The notes below the pieces were generated by a model. The model ran no database searches, was not told the origin of the DNA, and was given only the letters and a program-made list of their open reading frames with translations. From the NCBI RefSeq assembly GCF_009914755.1, contig NC_060929.1: a DNA stretch of 64,000 nt; one strand, 5' to 3'. Source of the DNA: the human T2T-CHM13v2.0 reference genome, Homo sapiens. A program made the position numbers and the translations under genes. Below are positions 1 to 12,290 of the stretch, piece by piece (position 1 is the first letter of the stretch; each line of letters begins with the position of its first letter).

Positions 1-2158
1 GAAGGTGTTTTCTCTTTGTCTTTTCTAGGAAGTTGGGGATGAGAGAGGGGAAGGAGTAGCATCTTGTTCCGTCGGCCTCCTTGATCTAAGCCTTTGTTGT
101 GAATTCGTTTTTACCACATTTAAAGTGTGATGCCCAGAATGGAACTCGGGGCTGCTGGCACCCCCATCCATCTTTGGAGGCCCTGGACATAATCGATGGG
201 GCAGGCAGAAGACCTGCAGCTCCAAGCCTGCTAGTCGGTGAGCCTGGAATTGCTATGCTCTTAGGATCATGTGTTCCCACTGTGAATGCTTTTGGCGGCT
301 TTTCCCACTGGCCACTTGGTCATATCCATACCCAGACTGAACCAGCTCTGACCCTAGGCCCTCCCCACCATGCCCATCCTACCAGGGTGCCCCCGGCTGA
401 GGCTGCCTCTTGAGGCCACACCCTCCACCTGTATAACCCCAGCTTTGGAGCCTGCGGATCCTGCCTGAGCTGCTCTCACCCTTTGGAAACCAAGGATTGA
501 GCATTGTTCCCTGAGTGTATTTCTGGTTATGACTTTCTCTTTTCTCCACAGAAAGGCATCTCTCTGCAGGTATTGGGTTTTCTCTGAGCTCAGCTGCTGC
601 TCTTGGCCTTCTTTCTCCAGTTTCTGTCCTCCTCTACCAGCCTTGAGACTGCAGTGTGGAGATATGTCGCCTCTGTTTTGTCTGGGCTGCTTCTGTCTGG
701 GATGATGGAATCCTCACTAAATGGGAAATGTTTATGGAGGAGGAGGGAGATGGGGAAGTCATTCCCTCCTGTTAACATTTCGGCTTAAGTTAGCTTATTC
801 ATATGAATGACACAAAGTCGTAATTGCTCCTAATCAAATCTGTGCACACAGTAAAGCCTCTTTTATGCAATGAGTGTTTACTTAATTGAATGTTACATAT
901 AAATGAAGGTTACTCCTTCAAGTGACAAACGTGAGGGATTTCAATGGAAAATTCTGAAAATGAGCCCCTGAAGGAGGGAAGATGGGAGATGAAAGATGCT
1001 GGAAGAGAACAGAATGGGGCCAAGACGCTCCAGGAGAGCACCGGGGGAATCCCAGTTGCTCTTGGGTTTCACTTCCAAGGGCAAAACGATGATGACAAAT
1101 TGCTTTCTGAGAATCCATCCCTCTTGCAGGGACTTTCAGCCAGAGACTTGTCCATAATGGGCTCTGCATCATGTCAGAGCCCTAAACCATAATTAAACAC
1201 CATTGCATTTATTAGAGTCCTCATGATGTTACCTTAGATTCTTCCCCACAAGGGCAAACCCCCTAGTGTTGATGTCAATGTTCTATGGGATTCTCCTGGT
1301 GTTAGATGATTACAGTATCACGGAAACGTGAGGCTGCATCTGCTAAGTAACGTTTCACTCCTGTGTATCACAGAGGTTCTTCTCTAAGCCCCACCCACAG
1401 GAGAGCCAGACCTCTGCATCACAGATCACATGGAGAAACTGAAACAAATGCTGACTCTCGGGAGGTGATGATAGGACTCGTTTCCTTATCATTTTTTCAG
1501 AGCCCCAGAAGTTTACAATGATAAAAACAAGAGCATTTCATGAAACAGCATGCAAAAGCCCATGCATGCTGTCTATTTTTATATAAATCAGCAGAAGATA
1601 AAGAGCTTGTCTTGATTCATGCTGTTCCTCCAGGGAATGTTTTGCAAAAAGGCAAAAAAAAAAAAAATCAGGGAGAAGAGCGAAGCCTATAAATACAATT
1701 GGAAAGGAAAATAAAAACAACTCACTAAACGTTGAGTTTGACGAAAACATAACAAAACCAAGGAACATTTTTATGTTTTTTTCCTTTCAGTTTTACTTTT
1801 GATCATGTTTCTTCCTGAGGTTTTATGAATATATACATCAAGTGGGAGAGATAAAAACCCCAAATAACTGTAGAATGATGAGAATGTAGGAAAGAGAATG
1901 TAGGCCCTTTTATTCCATGTTATTTTTCTCAGAAAAATGACAGTTCAACCTTTCCCCTTCTGATTGTCACTGGAAAGCAGTTTTCATCTGAAATGAAATG
2001 AGTGAGGATCATGAGTTTGCCTGTATGTCTTATATGAAGCCAGCGCTGTAGTGTCCTCACTTACAAACCCGTGTTTCAAGTTTACCCCTCAATTCCTGAA
2101 AGTCTGAAATTTTAGAGGGACAAAGGAAAATTAAGAATTAAGCTAAAAAGAGTTAAAT

Positions 2159-2480
2159 TGTGGTTAACAAACATTTCTGTAAAAGGGGCGGAAAGTAAAT
2201 ATTTTCTGCACCGTGGGCCACAATTCAACCCAGCTCTGCCATCGTAGCACAAAAGCAGCAAGAGACGAGATGCAAGCAGAGGGGGCAGCTGTGTTCTAAT
2301 ACACTTCATGCATATGCACATGTCAATTTCACATAATTTTCACATGTCACAAAATGTTAACATTCTTTTGATTTTTTTTTTCAACCATTTAACAGTGTAA
2401 GAATGATTCTTAGCTCATGGGTTCTATAAAAACAGGTGACAGCTGGATTTGACCCATGGGCCATACTTTACTGACCTTTG
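2159..2480 (-). mobile_element. MER58B-like hAT-Charlie MITE
   Basis: Matches the reverse complement of the recalled MER58B consensus along its length (GTAAATATTTT, TTCAACCATTTAA, ATTCTTAGCTCA, GGATTTGACCCATGGGCCATA...CTGACCTTTG); degenerate TIRs at both ends. Confidence 0.8.
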
Positions 2481-2739
2481 TACTAAATCATGCTCTCGAC
2501 CCAATTTACCTTTAAAGTTGTTCTGATGAACATATTTCAACATTCAAAAATGGTATGTGGATTCATCTGTTTTACTGAATACTTTTACTTTTGATTACTG
2601 ATCTCTGTCTTGGTTAAAGATGCCAAAAACTTAGGCATGACTCATCAGGTGTTCTACCGTGACCTTGGCTCCCAGGCCAGGGAGGATGGCATAAATAGGG
2701 TCAGATGGCATGTTGTCGTGGAAACCATAATGATAGCAG

Positions 2740-2975
2740 CTACTAATGAAGCAGAACTGACTGTGTGTCTGGAACTGTTTGAAGGGCTTTAGAACACTAG
2801 CCCAGCTAGTCAACACGATGAACCTAGGAGAAAGGTGCTAACATTCTCATTGTGGACATAGAGAAACTGAGGCACAGGAGGCTGACTGACCTACTCAAGA
2901 TGATGTACAGTCCAAGTGAGAGCATCTGCTCCCACACTCGGTTGGGCCAATCCAGGCACCACACTGACTCATTCC
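2740..2975 (-). mobile_element. MIR SINE fragment
   Basis: MIR core GAGAAACTGAGGCACAG followed by GACCTACTCAAG. Confidence 0.65.
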
Positions 2976-3124
2976 ACTACAGAAAGGAGAGTTCTCCCCT
3001 GCCAACGACTCATCCTGAGAGAGCAGAGCAATGAAGTGAAACTGGGATGAAAATCATGAGCAATGAAATGAAATGAAACTTGTAGAGCTGCTTAATTTAA
3101 GAGTAAACAAATTCTGCCTTAAAT

Positions 3125-3645
3125 GCCAAGGCTCCTGGCAAGTGACAGAAACCCAACATTGACTAACTGAAGCTCGCCTAAGTGGGACGACCAAGGTGAG
3201 TGTCCCAAGAGCTGAGCCCAGAGACTAAAGCACTGTCCTCAGGATGCCCCCTCCATCCCTTGCCACCTCATGTCTCTGCCATCTCCATTCTGCTTTTCAG
3301 GTCAGTCTCATTGTTCCTCACTACAATGAAACAATGTTCAGGTGGTAAAAGTTGCTTCTGACAGCCCTACCCTAGAAGCTGGTAGGTCAAATCATGAGAG
3401 TAAGCTCGCCTTCCCATCCAACTCCAGGGAAAAGTCCAGGGAGCTGCTCCAGTGACCTCCCAGTGGTGGTCAAATGCCCTCCGAGAGTGAGTGCTATGGG
3501 TGCTCTGGTGCTATTTCCTCAGCCTGTTATGAACTCAACACAATACCAGGGAGAGGTAACTGCCAGTCCCACGGACAAATGGATTAGGAAGAGAATTCCC
3601 CAAAGAAGGGACCCAGGCACGCTAGAGCCAGAGAGGATGGGCTCC
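3125..3645 (-). mobile_element. Old MaLR LTR (MLT1K-like)
   Basis: GCAAGTGACAGAAACCCAAC at the start and TTCCCCAAAGAAGG near the end; highly diverged. Confidence 0.45.
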
Positions 3646-3879
3646 TCAGTTGGTGTGACTGAACTCCAGGGAGCCCAGAGTAAGAAAGGACCCTTGGCAC
3701 CCTCCAGGAGACCCCAGATAAGCCCATAACAAAACTTCATTATATTTCAGCTCATTAAACTGGCTCAAAGAGAACCAAAATGACAGCAAATGGGTTTTTC
3801 CCTAGCATTAGAATCATTGTATGAAGTGGTTCTGGCTAAGCTCTAGCGCACAGGTTTTCAGGTAGACTTTCCATAATCA

Positions 3880-4590
3880 GATACATGTACACACGGACAC
3901 TCGCATGTGCACACGGGCATGCACACACATGCATGCACCATGCACACACACACATGCACGCACACACAGACACACATGCATGCACCATGCACACATGCAT
4001 GCACACACAGACACACACCTGCATGCACCATGCACACATGCATGCACACACACACATGCATGCACCATGCACACACATGCACGCACAGACACACACATGC
4101 ACGCATCATGCACACACAAGCGCACACACACACTCACACATGCACGCACCATGCACACACGCATGCACACATACACACGTGCACGCACCATGCACACACA
4201 TGCACACACACACACAGACACTCATGTACGCACCATGTGCACACACACGCATGCACATGCAGGCACACTCACACATGCATGCACCATGCATGCACACATG
4301 CACACGCACACACAGACACATTCTTACACATGCATGCACCATGCAAACACACATGCACGCACACACAGGCACACTCTCACACGTGCACGCACCATGCACA
4401 CACACATGCACGCACATACAGGCACACTCTCACACGTGCACACACCATGCACACACAGGCACACTCTCACACTTGCATGCACCATGCACACACACATGCA
4501 TGCACATACAGGCACACTCTCACATGCACCACCATGCACACACACATGCATGCACACACAGGCACATTCATGCACACACAGCTTGCACAG
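3880..4590. repeat. Degenerate (CA)n/TGCA low-complexity tandem array
   Basis: About 710 bp of alternating purine-pyrimidine sequence built from recurring TGCACCATGCACACAC and ACAGGCACACTCTCAC units. Confidence 0.95.
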
Positions 4591-5051
4591 TGTCTGAGTC
4601 ATAACAAAATAGGCTATGTCTTGAAATCTCAGTGGCTTAATACAGCAACAATTGCTTCCTCACTTGCATAGACAGAAGACTCTGGGAGCTTCCATCTTGT
4701 GACTCCATACACTCAACACATAATTCCTTGATCTCCAAGGCAAGAAAATTATGCCCACTGTCTTTGAACTTCCATTTGCCAGCAAGGGCAGGTTTACACA
4801 CCTCCCCCCAACCCCATAACATGACAAAATGGTAAAATGATATGCACACACCTCAGACGATGAAACACCCTTTGCCATCATTTTGTTCTCTTTGAGCCAG
4901 TTTTCAATGAGCTGAAATGCAATTAAATATTGTTGCAGGCTCATTCTGGGTCTCCTGGAGGATGCCAAGGTCCCTGGCCCTCTCAGATCTCCTGGAGGTC
5001 AGTCACACCCTCGAACTCCCCATCATAATCACCCTTATTTCTAACTAAGTA

Positions 5052-5423
5052 TGTGATGGTTAATTTCATGTGTCAACTTAGTTGGGTCCCAGTGCCCAGA
5101 TATTTGGTCAAACATGGCTGTGGATGTTTCTGTGTTTGGTGTTTTTTGAATGAGGTAAACATTTAAACAGGTGCACTCTGAGTAAATCAGATTCCCTCCC
5201 TAATGTGGGTGAGCCTCATCCCACCAGCTGAAGGCTGGAATAGGACAAAGACGGAGGTCCCCCAAGCACGAAGGAATTCTGCCAGCAGGTGGCCTTTGGA
5301 CTCCAGCTGCAACTCTTTCTGGAGTACCTCCAGCCTGGCAGTCTACTCTACCAGATTTTGGACTCATCAAATCTCCAACAAATTCCTTACAATCTCTCTG
5401 TCTCCCTATATATAAATATATGT

Positions 5424-5460
<37 letters not shown>

Positions 5461-5467
5461 TGTGTGT
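5052..5467 (+). mobile_element. MLT2-family (ERVL) LTR running into a (TG)n microsatellite at about 5421-5467
   Basis: Starts TGTGATGGTTAATTTCATGTGTCAACT; contains CCAGATATTTGGTCAAAC, AATGTGGGTGAGCCTCATC and GGAATTCTGCCAGCAG. Confidence 0.85.
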
Positions 5468-6107
5468 AAGAAGAGAGACAAGAAAGAAAGCCTTTATTGT
5501 CAGAGGAGAAGTAAGAGCAGGTGGACTCAAAGATCTCAAGCTGTGGTTAGTAACTTCCTAGTATTCAAGACCATGAAAATGAACAACATTTCTTTTCTTC
5601 TCGTACAGCCATCTCACCTTCACAAGTTGAATGCCCTCATGGACCACTGAGTGAATCCAGCGTATCACCCTAGTCTACACTTTGGGTACCATTTTTATCT
5701 TTGTTTTTTGATGGGTTGTTTGTTTGTTGGTTGGTTGGTTGGTTTTTGCCATTTCACACTAAACAACACTGTCTATTGTTTTACCCTGGGCTTTAAAAAA
5801 AGGCTTGACACAAAATGCCTTTCCTTTCCCTTTAGTCTCTCCCTACACCACATTTCTCTGTTTGCCTTCCCATAAAAATGACTTTTATTGATTTAGTATA
5901 TGCACCTGCAAGGCACTAAGAAAGGAAAGGTCCACTCTATTGTAAGAATTGGCACAAAAATCAACCCCAAACTAACCTTGGTCTTATCTAGGAAGTGAAA
6001 TAGCCAAGAATCCTCTAAAATTAAGGCGATTCCAGACTATAAGGGTGAACGCAGAAGCAAATGCTGTCAAGAAATGCAGCGTTTCTTACCTCAGTCATTA
6101 ATGACCC

Positions 6108-6265
6108 ACTAGCATAGCATGGTGGACAGGTATTGATTGCAACCTTCCACACAGTTTTGATTCCTATCCTGTCTCACCATGACTCAGTTTTCCTATCTAT
6201 GACATAAAAATAAAAAGAGAGAAATTATCTCAAAGTTTCTGCAAAGATTAGTGTGAGCAATGACA
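6108..6265 (+). mobile_element. MIR fragment
   Basis: AGCATAGCATGGTGG head and CTCAGTTTTCCTATCTAT core. Confidence 0.45.
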
Positions 6266-7489
6266 AACACTCAATCTCTGGAAAATGCCTTAAATCACTA
6301 ATAGAAAATTCATGAACAAACGTTACCTCTAAGAGAATGAGTATCACAGCTAAAGAGAACCTTCCTTTTCCTTGCAGCCATTCTCTTCAAAATAAGGAGC
6401 CTGATGTTTCACAAAACCATCTGTTGCCCTCTTCTGTTATTACAGCTGAATGCTTCAGAAATCATTCTGCACCACTAAAAATAAAATCCACGTAGAACCT
6501 GAAAGAACCAATGCCAATTACTGGAGCCAAATTCAGGTTGTATTTTTAAAAGTGTCTATGAAACCATCTATAAATAGAAAGCCTTTCCTGTTATTTTTAA
6601 TTACTTCATTTTAATGGAAACAGACTCCAGTTGGTGAGGATGTGGTTAGGATGCCATGGCACAGGGCCTGCCCTTCCGGACAGAAGGCTGACTCCAGCCA
6701 AAGGAAGCCAGGGGGTGGCTCAAAGCAGTCAAAGCATCTTCAGTGCTTACTCTTGGTTGTTGATCCCAAAGCCTCCTTAGAAACCTCCTAGCGTGTCTCA
6801 AACCCTTTCAAACATGTGTATATTTCTATAAGTCCAATGACAAGTTGATTTTCTTATATTTAAGGTAAATGTGGACCACAGAGAGTTTCTCTGTGAGCTG
6901 GAAGAGGAAACATTCCTGAGTCAAATGCTAGGGCAGTGCCACAGCTCCAGGGTCTGCTGGCAGAGGGGTGTGTCTCAGACAGGCATCTCTGAGAGGCAGT
7001 GTGCCAGTCCAGTCCCCCAGAGCCAGGGAGCCTCCCACCCCATGCCGCCTCACAGGGCAGGAAGAGGGCACATTACTGCCTCACACTGGCTTAGGGAGGA
7101 CAGGGAACAAGGAGACAGCCCAGGGGACTCTGGCAGTGGCCCTCATCCCCAGACCTGGATGGGAACCTAAGAGTCTGGGCAAGTCCTAGCTGGTGGCTCT
7201 GGTCTGCCTGTGTGCCACCATGTGCCACCATGAGCCACAGGAAATAAGCAGCACATCAGATGGGAAGAGTGAGGCCCTAAGAAATCTATTCTGCTTCTTG
7301 TGGCAAAAGCTGAGCCTTCATGCCCCCGGCCTCAAACAGCTCCATCTCCTGCTGCAAAAGTGTGCCCCGGAGCTACAGCCTGACTGGCCAGGCAGATATT
7401 AGAGTTCCTTGTCTCAGATTTCCTGTCTGGGTCACTAACCTGAAGGCCATGACAGACCAGGTAATACTCATCCACCAGTATGAGGGTGT

Positions 7490-7690
7490 CACTCTGCCAG
7501 TTACCTACTGTATGGCCTTGGGTGTGTTCCTTAGCCCCTTTGTGCCCCTCGCTTTCCTCAGCCATAAGAGAGGGGAGATAACTGCAGCTGTTCATAGGGC
7601 AGTTGTGAGGATTGAGTAAGTTAAGTCAGTAAGGACCCTGGGGTCATTCCTGGCACATAGTAAGCCCTATAGAAGTTTTTGGCAATTAGA
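7490..7690 (+). mobile_element. MIR SINE
   Basis: CTGTATGGCCTTGGG...CATAGGGCAGTTGTGAGGATT...CCTGGCACATAGTAAGC. Confidence 0.8.
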
Positions 7691-8855
7691 TCATTACATG
7701 TACAAGTTAACGTAATTGTGAATATCATGGATCCATAGGATGGACTGATTGTGTGTTAACAGGAATTTCTTCTAATCAATTATGTTCTGTCTCTGACAAC
7801 AGCGGTGAAATGTGAAATGTGAAAGTGTAGGTGTGTGTACTCCTGCTCATGAAGGACAAGTTAGATAACTTGCAAGTATTATGATGCACCTTATTTGTTC
7901 CCAGGATGATGATTTTGTCATGTTCCTGTCTCTGTCTCATGGGAAGCAGGTAACGGGGCCATCCATTTGCATGTGTAAAATAAAACAAACCTATAAAAGC
8001 AAAACGTGGCGACAAACCACAAGTGCTTCTATCCTCATGGTTTCCACGGTGCCTGTCAATGAGCACTCATCATGGCCCTCTCCTGGCCTTCCCACTGAGT
8101 GAGAGCTCATTTGACAGGCAAGACAGCATCTCCAGGCCCTCTCCTGCCACTTGAAGGAGGCCTCTCAATCTCTCTGGCCACTAGCACCCCAACTCACAAT
8201 GAGGATTTTAACAAGATGAACCCTATATCCCCACCTTGACTTCTAAATTGTATATTGCAGAGAGAGTGCTGGAAAAAAAAAAGAAATGAAATGAAGTGAA
8301 AAAAATGAAAGAAAAGAGAAAGGATTTGCTAACCCATGACATTTATGTCTAGAGGACTCACAAATGAAAATTTGAGAAAAAGACATGGTTATTTCTCAGC
8401 AAGTAGAGTTTCTTAAACATCATGTGCCAACCCCTCCTTCGAGGGTTGCTTGTATCTTCTTGGGTGTCGGTGATTCTGGTGCCCACGTTTCATGATGCTG
8501 ACACAATTCATTTTATTATCAGTAGGAGAAGAGCAGTTACTCAGGACAGCCATGCTAGCCTGGACTAATTTGGATAAATTGTCCCACGCCAGAAATAAAC
8601 AGGCCATCAACCCCAAATGTCAAGCATGACACAAGGAAGTTGGAAGGACCCACCAAACTCAAGGATTCTCCTAGCACACAAACTGAGGAAGAACAATACA
8701 TAGGACTCCAAGACTGGAGATGTTCCTTCAGTATGCTATCTTTTGTATTCATGCTGGGGTGCAGACGGGGAATTAGAAGCAAAGCACTGTAGAGTCCCTT
8801 TTGGAATATTGACCAATAATTTTATAAAATGTACAATTTTATTCAAAATTAATCA

Positions 8856-9171
8856 TAGGTCATTGGAGTGGATCTCATATGAGTGGCTTGGTGCTGTCCT
8901 CCCAGTAATGAATGAGTTCTCATTCTTAATTCATTCAAGAGCTGGTTGTTTAAAAGAGCCTGGTATTTCTCTTGCTCCCTCTCTTGCCATGTGACACGCC
9001 AGCTTCCCCTTTGCCTTCTGCCCTGAGTAAAAGCTTCCACACCAGAAGACGAACAGATGTTTGTGCCCGGCTTGTACAGCCTGCAGAACCGTGAGCCAAA
9101 TAAACCTCTTTTCTCTATAAATTACCCAGTCTCAGGTATTCCTTTATAGCAATGCAAAATGGACTAACGCA
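8856..9171 (+). mobile_element. MSTB-like MaLR LTR, 5'-truncated
   Basis: GCTGGTTGTTTAAAAGAGCCTGG; AATAAACCTCTTTTC...AAATTACCCAGTCTCAGGTATTCCTTTATAGCAATGCAAAATGGACTAACGCA terminus. Confidence 0.9.
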
Positions 9172-9367
9172 CCTGTCTACACCACTTAGTTCAATTTATT
9201 AATTATATTTTGGGGGTTGTTTAATCAGCATATGTTGGCCTTTGCATGTCAGCAATTGAATGAAGGTGATATTTAGTTGGTTTTGAGTCTTTGCAAGCGA
9301 AGACCTGGCATAAGTCACTTAAGACATCTTATTTCTATTTAGATCAGATTTCCCAAATCTGTGACAC

Positions 9368-9514
9368 ATATATAGATTATATATAATATATGATATATAA
9401 TATTATATAATATATATTTTATTTATATATTATATATAATATATAATATATATTTTATTTATATATATTATATATAATATTTTATAAATAAATATTATAT
9501 ATAATATATATAAA
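9368..9514. repeat. AT-rich (TA)n low-complexity tract
   Basis: Nearly pure A/T with TATATAAT units. Confidence 0.95.
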
Positions 9515-11064
9515 TTGAAAATAGCCTTCTGAGGCTTGCTGTATTCTGCCTGGACTATTTCAAGATTCCTCAAGAGGGAGATGAAGGTGGTTCCATGTCC
9601 CTGTGTGATGCGGATGCTGCAGGATGTGGCCCCTCATTCTGGGAGCTCCTGGAACTCTCTGAACTTCTTACCCAGGCTGTTCTGGTGCTAGAAAATTTTT
9701 CTTTAAAGATAAGTTGAAAAATCTTGTTTGCAAACTGTCAAAGCCCCAGAGGCACCACTTTCTCTGAACATCCTCATCTGTAGCTAACATTTCTCTTGTG
9801 ACAATACACCAGGTCTAAAATTCAATTTCCTGGTATTCTGACGTAAGAGCATGATGACGCAGGTACCATTAGACAAGGCCTAGGAAGTTTTGGCCAGGAG
9901 CAATTCTTTGTGTGATGGGTTGAAAAGAAAAGCCTCATGTAGATGATATTTAAGTATATGGAGCTATTGAGTTATCCTTTCCAAAAAGTGATACTGTTGA
10001 GAATACTTTTATTGAAGAATTAAAAAATTCCATGGCTATGACTTCCTTAAATTTTTAATCACTTATATAGCTATATTTGTGTTGTAATTTGAAGGAGATT
10101 GGGCCATGACCACTGGACAATGTCCAGGATACCCCTTGGCCATCTTGACCTGACCCTGGTCTTTAAATACTGAAAACCTTGGCATACTGCCATGCTTCCC
10201 AGCTCTTTGCCCTACTTGCCTACCAAGGGAAGCCTCTAGATACAGAAAACATGGACTGAAGAAGGACTCAGCGTTTCTCAGAGGCAGCAGTGCAGAGAAG
10301 AAAGGATGTGAAGCAAAAGGCAAATGACTCTAGAGAGGGGGTGAGTGTGTGTGTGGTGTTTGGACAAAGTTGAGGACAACGTGGCCCATGGCAATGAGTG
10401 GCTGGTGTGTCTCTGCCTTGTGCTGGGTGGGTCTGGCTGTGTGGCACTTGGTGTGGCAGGTGACTGAGGACTTTTGCACCCACCTTCGCAGCGTGGCCTG
10501 AGGAGTGTGCCTGGAGCTGGCTGGAGTCAGGGAGGCTGGGGATTGCTTATGGAAACCCAGGGGGCCTGGGCCCTAAGGCAGCAGTGCTCACTCACCTCCA
10601 TCTCCCCCAGATTGGCAGCTGCTATGGGGGCTGGGGTGCTGCAAACACAGCTGGACCCAAAGTCTGAGTGTAAAAGACAACAGTGCACTTTCATGGCTGT
10701 GGCCAGACAGAGCAACTGCTCCTGGTAAACCATCAGAGAAATATAGATATATTCTGACAAAAATAAGAATCATCCTCTTCTCTCAGTTCCACACCCAGTG
10801 CTAACCAATATTAATGGTTATATTTATATTTGTATAACTGTTATTTTTTGGGGGTGACCTTTTCTTTTCAGTGTGGACAGTAATTATATGCTGCATTTCT
10901 ACAGTTCTGGGAAGTGTGCCATGTTCGCTTTATCTGATTTACCTGCCTTAGGTCACCATCTCTGGAATGAGCCACGGAGGGTGAAGATGGGATGGGATGG
11001 ATAAATGGGCTGGAGATCAGCAGGCCAAGAAGGGTCTGTAGCCCATCAAAATTGAGAGGGAAAT

Positions 11065-11222
11065 CTGGCTCCCGCAGTGTCCTCCAGCGCCCTCTGCTGA
11101 CAAAACTCAGCACCGCACCAGCGGGTGAAGGAGGAACGTTTGCAGGACCCAGAGCCAGGATCACAAACAGGCATTGAAGGGTGAATTTGTGGCTATAAGA
11201 CAATATTTTAGTCAACACCACA
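11065..11222 (-). mobile_element. LTR41-like ERVL LTR fragment
   Basis: CCTCCAGCGCCCTCTGCTGACAAA...AAGGAGGAACGTTTGCAGGACCCAG...AAGGGTGAATTTG resembles the recalled LTR41 terminal segment. Confidence 0.6.
11085..11102 (-). promoter_or_regulatory. Candidate CTCF binding site
   Basis: The minus strand reads TGTCAGCAGAGGGCGCTG, one mismatch from CCASYAGRKGGCRSYR. An upstream-motif-like TGCGGTGC lies at a plausible spacing. Confidence 0.65.
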
Positions 11223-11234
11223 GAGTGTAAGAGT

Positions 11235-12290
11235 GAGCATTCAGTAAGCAGTAAAGAAGACCAAAATCCTTGCCCCCCAAGGGCTTGCATTCTTGCCAGA
11301 GGAGACATGTCAACTCAACAAATAAGTGCAATGCACAGATGTGGGTGGTGATGACTGCTAAGGTGGGAAATGAAACAAAGGAAGTGGTTGGGAGTGCATG
11401 GAAAGTTTCAGTGTAGACTCCGTGGGGGCAGGGAAAGACTCCTGGACATATAGGCCTGACAGCAGTGAGGGAGAAGCACGTACCAAGGCCCTGTGGTGGG
11501 AGCATTCCTGGTGTTACAAAGGTAAGCAAGAGAGCCAGAGTGACTGGGGTGTAGTGAACATGGGAGAGATGAGGTCACAGAGGTAGCAGGCCTGAAGAGT
11601 GTGTGCATGTGTGTGTGAATATGTGCATGTATGTGCATGTATGACAATGTGTGTATGCATGTGTGCACATTTACGTAAATGCATGTAAATGTGTGTACAA
11701 GCAGTTGTGCAGGTGTGTGAGTGGAGGCATGTGTATGCATATGTGCACCTGTGTGAGTGTATGCGTGTGTGTGCACATGTGAACATGGCTACGTGCACAT
11801 GGATGTGAACACAAGCATTTATGCATTATAAATATAGTTTATAATGCATAGCTTATACTGCAGCATGGCAAGCATAGTTGTATTATAAACAATGCAACTA
11901 TGAGAACATGTGCACGTGTGTGCAGTGTGTCCATAGGCATATTTCTGCATGCATATGTATATGTTTGCGTTGTCAACAGGACTTAAGAATCCTTGTAGAC
12001 CATTAGAGGAACACTAACTTTTACTGTGAGGAAAACAGAAGCCACTGGAAGTTTTTCAGCAGAGGAGTGGTAGAATTATCTCCATATTTTAACAGGATCT
12101 CTGCAGCTGCTGTGGTGGGAGACTTGGCTGTCATGGGTCAGGGCTGGGAGCAGGGGCTCCTGGAAGGAGGTGGGGGACAATAGTGGCTTGGCCCATGGTG
12201 GAAGCAGTGGAGATGCTGAGAAGCAGGCAGGCTCTGGATGTGTATTAAAGATAACACCAGCTGGATTTGCTGAGGATATGAATGGAGATA
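11235..12290 (-). mobile_element. L2 LINE 3' region, interrupted by a TG-rich tract
   Basis: L2-type blocks AAAATCCTTGCCCCC...GCTTGCATTCT, GAGATGAGGTCACAGAGGTAGCAGG, GAAGCCACTGGAAG...AGCAGAGGAGTG and GGTGGAAGCAGTGGAGATG. Confidence 0.8.
11599..11970. repeat. Degenerate (TG)n/TGCA tract with a palindromic AT-rich core
   Basis: GTGTGCATGT-type units; inverted repeats at 11820-11850 and 11873-11902. Confidence 0.9.

Noticed and set aside
3836-4671. Longest ORFs in the window (230-254 aa, His/Thr/Cys/Met-rich)
   Set aside because: Translations of a (CA)/TGCA simple repeat that lacks stop codons in several frames. The same applies to ORFs at 11408-11798, 41024-41479 and 44155-44684.
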